Assembly (NCBI RefSeq): GCF_052425735.1
Contig: NC_135770.1
Span: 558,001 to 622,000, forward strand
Source: Oculina patagonica
Lineage: Eukaryota
Length of the DNA: 64,000 nucleotides
Direction of reading: 5' to 3'
Part shown: positions 59,501-64,000 of the stretch, piece after piece
How the letters are laid out: each line of letters begins with the position of its first letter
Position numbering within the stretch: position 1 is the first letter of the stretch
Position numbers and translations under genes: made by a program
The notes under the pieces: model-generated
Databases searched by the model: none
What the model saw: only the letters and a program-made list of their open reading frames with translations
Told to the model about the DNA's origin: nothing

Positions 59501-62140
59501 TGGTCAAACATTAAGAAAGAAGAATTCAGGACTTCTGCATTACCATGAGAATACCCCACAGGCCCGCATGATGAGCTAAGTTCAGTGTCACTGGTTACAG
59601 CAGCATCATCATCATCATCATCATCATTCTCTTCATCACTCTCTTCCCCATTTGCTGTGTTATTCATCAGCTCTGGTAGTAAACTACATATGTCTTCAAG
59701 TACTGAAGGATTAAGGTTGGTTGATGTGTTGCGACAAAATTCGAAGGGATCAAGGTCTGGAGACCTGTTCACTTCATTGCGGTCTTCTGGTAAAGTGCTG
59801 TCCTCTTGTCCATTGTTTTCATGGAGTTCCTCAGTACTGATGTAGCCGGACTTTGCACTGTCAAGCTCCATGTTTGCACGAGGCTGTGAACTGTAATGAG
59901 AGTGTTCCTCTTCAAGGACAGGGAATGACTTTTCTGGCATCTGGTTTAAATCTAAGCTGACGTTGCTCTTTGGATGGGAAAGTTTGCCCAGGCTCAATTG
60001 GCTATCTTCTGTGCTGTCCTCTTGCCGATTGTGTTCATAGAGTTCTTGATTGCTGACGTAGCCCGTAGACATTTTTGCACTGTTCAACTCCTTATCTGCA
60101 TGAGGCTGCAAATTGCACGGGTTATTTTGCTCTTCTAGGACGAAGGACGGCTGTTCTGACATCTTGCTAAGCTCTAAGCCAATATTACTAGTTGGATCGG
60201 AAAATTGGGCCAGGCTCATTTGGCCATCTTCTGATAAAGTGCTGTTCTCTTGCCGACTGCGTTCATGGAGTTCTTGATTGCTGATGTAACCCGTGGAGAC
60301 CTTTGGACTGTCTAGCTCCATATTTGTATGTGGCTGTGAATTGCAATGGGAATGTTTCTCTTCTAGGGCAGACGGCTGCTCTGAAATCTCATCAAGCTCC
60401 AAGCCGACATTGCTTTGGAAGAAAAATTCGCCCAGGCTCGATTCTGCAACACCTCGAAAATCAGTGTAATCAGCTTCGCTTTCGTCTTGTAGGTCAGTAA
60501 TCAGCGGCGAGGATCCTTCATCAAAGGATCCATCATCCTTAAAATCAGGCAAGAGATCTGCAAGTGAAACGGATCCCATCTCGTTTTGAATACTGCCACT
60601 GGAAAATGAGCCCAAGAGTTCATCTGGTGACTTGGGTGATGTTTCTTTTATTTTTGGGTGCTCTTGATAAGGGGACATTTCTGTGTGCTGCGTTGCTTTG
60701 TGTTTAGTATTCTGACTGCAGGGTTCTGAAGAACTGCGCTTTGTACCGACTGCGTTACCCGCAGGAGATGAAGCAGGGTCAGGAGAGTCATTAACTGTGC
60801 TGTGAACTGCTACTGAACTTTGTAAAGTGTTTGAACCTCTGGCTTGATCTTGTGGCATGCTTCCTTGCACTGCAGTGGAAAGTTTTACATATGACCCAGC
60901 TCTCGGTTTCTCTGGTTGCACTTCTGTGCGAGGTAAATCCAGTTTGATGTATGAAGATGAGGAGCCACATTCAGATAACTGCTCACTGTCGTCTTCATCA
61001 TGATGACACATGTCAGCAACAAAACTCGCCGACAATATCTGAGGCTGTGTCTCTGCAACAGGTGGAACACTAACAACACTACTCTGATGAATGGAGGTGG
61101 GAAAGTGTTTAGCAAGAGACCTCATTGCCATAGCCTCAGCACCGCCATCCTCTGTACTACTGTCGTCATTGCTGCCACTATCACTATCAACCACCTCTTC
61201 GGAATTCACTGTTGCAGGACGTTCTGCACTATAGACATGCGATACCTGTTTGCTTGGTAATGAAGAGCGGGGCATCTTCACATCTGCACTGGGGCAGGGG
61301 ACATATCTTTCGTCCTGCTGTCTTTCAGTAGGCTGTGATCCTTCATTGCCTGCTTGGATTGCTGGAGGACAAGAACTGACTCTTGTGATGCTTGGTTTCC
61401 TTGCTGCAAGCAAACGGAATGCTTCTGTGGCTGGCGGAGTACCTTCAGCTTCAAAGGCATGCACTAATCCAGGATGGGAAAATGTCTTTGACAGGCTTCG
61501 CGTTCTTGACGTGGTGTTGTCAAAGGGAGAAATGCTGGTGATCACCGAAATGCCTGGAAGTGTACGGTTGTGTTCATCATTAGGCGGAATTTCATGGACT
61601 TCATTTCCAGGAAGGCAAGAGTAGTCTACATTGGAGACCTACAGATAGAAAAGGAAAGAGGGTAAATTGACAACAAATCATAAAGGTGTTTTATTTATCC
61701 ACTAATCATAAACGCTGCTGCAAGTTAAAGCTAGCAAAAGACAATGGGTTCTTATGTGATGACCAAATGCCCTTTTGGACATAGGCTTCTACTCAACATT
61801 AGGCAATTAGAAGAATCCAATCTTATTCTCCAAAAAAAGTGTTACTTATTGCATGACCAAATTTGTAAGTGACAAAGAGGCATTGTCATTGAAAAGCACA
61901 GTAAATACTCATAGGGCTTGTAGAGTAAGGAAAATGGTGCGGTTTTGTCGGTTGTGACCTCAGATAAGGTGAAAAATAAGTCAAATGGAGATCGTGATTG
62001 TATTGGAAAAAGCATTTATACCTGAGAGTCAGATGGAAGACTTTGCAATTCAATTTGATTCTGGTGAGTTGGTAATGACGCCTCCCAATCCTCCAGCTGT
62101 GTGATTTCAGGTGGGAGGAGAAGGTCCTGAGCTTTATCAT
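53171..62140 (-). CDS. Tyrosine kinase (SYK/SHARK/JAK-like catalytic domain) with very long disordered N-terminal region; 5' end not identified in the window
   Basis: Exons ~62140-62022, 61638-59247, 58421-58179, 57805-57696, 57059-56997, 56727-56583, 56046-55968, 54856-54790, 54602-54456, 53814-53688, 53351-53171. Motifs [75 protein letters not shown]...RPSF. Confidence 0.88.
53496..53671. mobile_element. Palindromic MITE
   Basis: ~62-bp near-perfect arms AATAGGCCTTATTCGTATTCTCGGTATTGGACTGGAACTAGCTTGCAA... and their reverse complement. Confidence 0.8.
55018..55789. mobile_element. PIF/Harbinger-like MITE
   Basis: GGCCCGGTTCCAACGTCGAAC / GTTCGACGTTTGAACCGGGCC TIRs, TNA flanks, subterminal repeats. 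Confidence 0.75.
57136..57431. mobile_element. Harbinger-like MITE
   Basis: AGGTCG...AGGCGTCTTGTCCCT / AGGGACAAGACGCCT...CGACCT with TAA flanks. Abuts a TTAA-flanked (Kolobok-like) element at ~57435-57666. Confidence 0.65.
58834..59186 (+). mobile_element. Penelope-like mini retroelement with hammerhead ribozyme core
   Basis: 13-bp direct repeat TGATCCAGCTACA (58821-58833, 59187-59199); 38-bp inverted repeat (58833-58870 / 59108-59145); CTGATGA-AGAC...GTC-GAAAC-GTC at ~59054-59088. Confidence 0.7.
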
Positions 62141-62575
62141 CTGGAACTACCAAACAAATAAAACTTGTCAATAACGTTTATCACATTATATAAACGTACA
62201 TAACATTTATCACGTTATATGCAATAACATTTATAACATTCTGTTAAATTGATATTAAAAAAAACACAAACGGGAATACTGAATAACCTGAAGCCCCAAT
62301 ATGAACTATAAATGGAAAGTACATCATTCTTGGGAGTGACAGTCAAAACGGCTAAAGTGTACTGCTTAAAAAGTGATCATTTGATGCAATGTTTGAATTT
62401 TAAATGGAAAATGAAATTTATATTCAATTCAATTCAATTCAATCAACTTTATTATTATTAAAAGAGGGTAACGGCAAACAGTAAAAACTACTGACAAACA
62501 AGCGGCCCTCGGATTACAAATTACAACTACATAATATATACAATTTAAAATTTGAATTAAAATACAGAAATTTTA

Positions 62576-63633
62576 CACTCCTTCTTATTAAAGCGTGAAC
62601 ACTTAAAATATGTCTGGAATGTTCTTTGTGTTTTAACCAATCACATGCGAGAACTTCAGACCGCAGAAACCACAAACAACGAATGATGGGTTTCCATCGG
62701 TCACGGAACAATATTCGGTTCTCGTTTCGCTCCAATTTACAAGGAAACACTAATTGTAATTCCTTTCTTTTTGAGAACATTCACTGCCGTACTGAAGAAT
62801 ATGTATGAGTGATTTTTTTATAGAAAAAATTGAAAAACCAATGCGCCCGATGCCACGATTTGCCCCAGTTGCCGCCAATTTTCAAAAATTGTAACGAATT
62901 CGTTTCTGCAGTTACCGTTCGCCTGATGGCATGTTACAATTTGAACTGAGGTAAGCTTGCATTTTCCGGTTTTTATCTCACCCCAACTATTGTAGCAGAC
63001 CTAAACACTGATAGAAGGAAGGTTCGTTTCTTCGATATCAGCGAAACGATAGCGGAAAGGAAAAGCGAAAATCAAGCGATTGAGGTGTTTACTTTGCACC
63101 AATCTGTTATCACGGCAACATTTTGAATAATTTTCGTCTGGAGCCTTTACAGTTTGCAGTCTTACGATCACGGAACCTCTGATTGCCTTAGGGTTGAAAT
63201 CGTTTGCCGAAATAAATCGAATCCCTTGTTCTACCGAAAAGATTTACAATCAGTAACGAAAACTCCACAATTTTGTATTTTATTTTTGGTTTATCGTGTT
63301 TACATCTTATGTCTAGACGTGTCTACAACATACTGCATGCACTGAACCATGTCGTATAACGTCGCTGAAGGAACCGTCCTTTTTTTTTCCGTCAAAAATC
63401 CCTGAAACCTTGTTCTGGATGGCCCTCGATACGACAGAATAGCAGTTCTTTAAATTCCTGAAAAAGACAGAGCGTGTATCCTGAAACAAAATAAGAACTA
63501 AAGTTGCTCCGTGACCGATGGAAATCCATTTGTTGTTTGTGGTTTCTGCGGTCTGAAGTTCTCGCATGTGATTGGCTAAACATAAACATTCCAGACATAT
63601 TTTTTAGTGTTCACGCTTTTATAAGAAGGAGTG
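62576..63633. mobile_element. Non-autonomous DNA transposon with ~135-bp TIRs (CACTCC termini), inserted in a LINE 3' fragment
   Basis: CACTCCTTCTTAT...CCATCGGTCACGG mirrored at 63505-63633; TA flanks; (ATTCA)n LINE-like tail at 62422-62445 on the left and LINE-like sequence resuming on the right. Confidence 0.8.
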
Positions 63634-64000
63634 TAAAAATAGGGATTAAGAATTAAAAAACTGTAAAATGATGAATGTCCTTAAGGCTAGATGCGTAAAA
63701 ATCAATTAGGCCATTTTTAAAACAATGTAGACTCTCACTTTTCTTTAAGAAATTGGGAAGAGTGTTCCAAAGTCTAGTTGCTCTTATAAAAAAGAAACCT
63801 TCTCTGATTCACTGAATAGAGCGTTTTTTCTAACCACGATTGTGTAACGCAATTGTAATTTTCGCCGTTTCTATTTAAACCTTTTTCATTGACTGCTAGT
63901 TGCGAAAGGAAAAAACTGTTCAGCAACTACTTACTATTACCAAACTAGCATTTTTTTAGCATTTGACATGTTATTTTGATGCGTGTGTGGGATTAATCTT

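Overview
Gene-dense, AT-rich (intron/intergenic) animal genomic DNA with spliceosomal introns. It is probably a cnidarian, most likely a stony coral; this is inferred from the intronless melanocortin/adenosine-like GPCRs and the MITE/SINE families. Genes from left to right: two tandem intronless class A GPCRs; intronless COPS2 (-) head-to-head with an intronless F-box/LRR gene (+); intronless LAMTOR4 (-) head-to-head with 13-exon EIF4A3 (+); RSPH4A/6A (-) head-to-head with SAV1 (+); an intronless DUF1647-type glycosyltransferase-like gene; TEX30; and the 3' part of an unusual SYK/JAK-like tyrosine kinase (-) with a 2.4-kb disordered exon. The main find is three paralogous box C/D snoRNAs (SNORD2/snR39B-like). 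Two lie in introns between short non-coding exons upstream of the intronless COPS2 CDS, which looks like a TOP-type snoRNA host gene captured by a retro-like COPS2. The third lies in an EIF4A3 intron with a co-duplicated 3' splice site. Also seen: a 28-bp satellite arising inside a MITE, a TSD-flanked Penelope-like mini element with a hammerhead ribozyme core, two GC-AG introns, and many MITEs and SINEs. Exon coordinates were read by eye and may be off by a few nt. Family names come from recalled motifs, not database searches.
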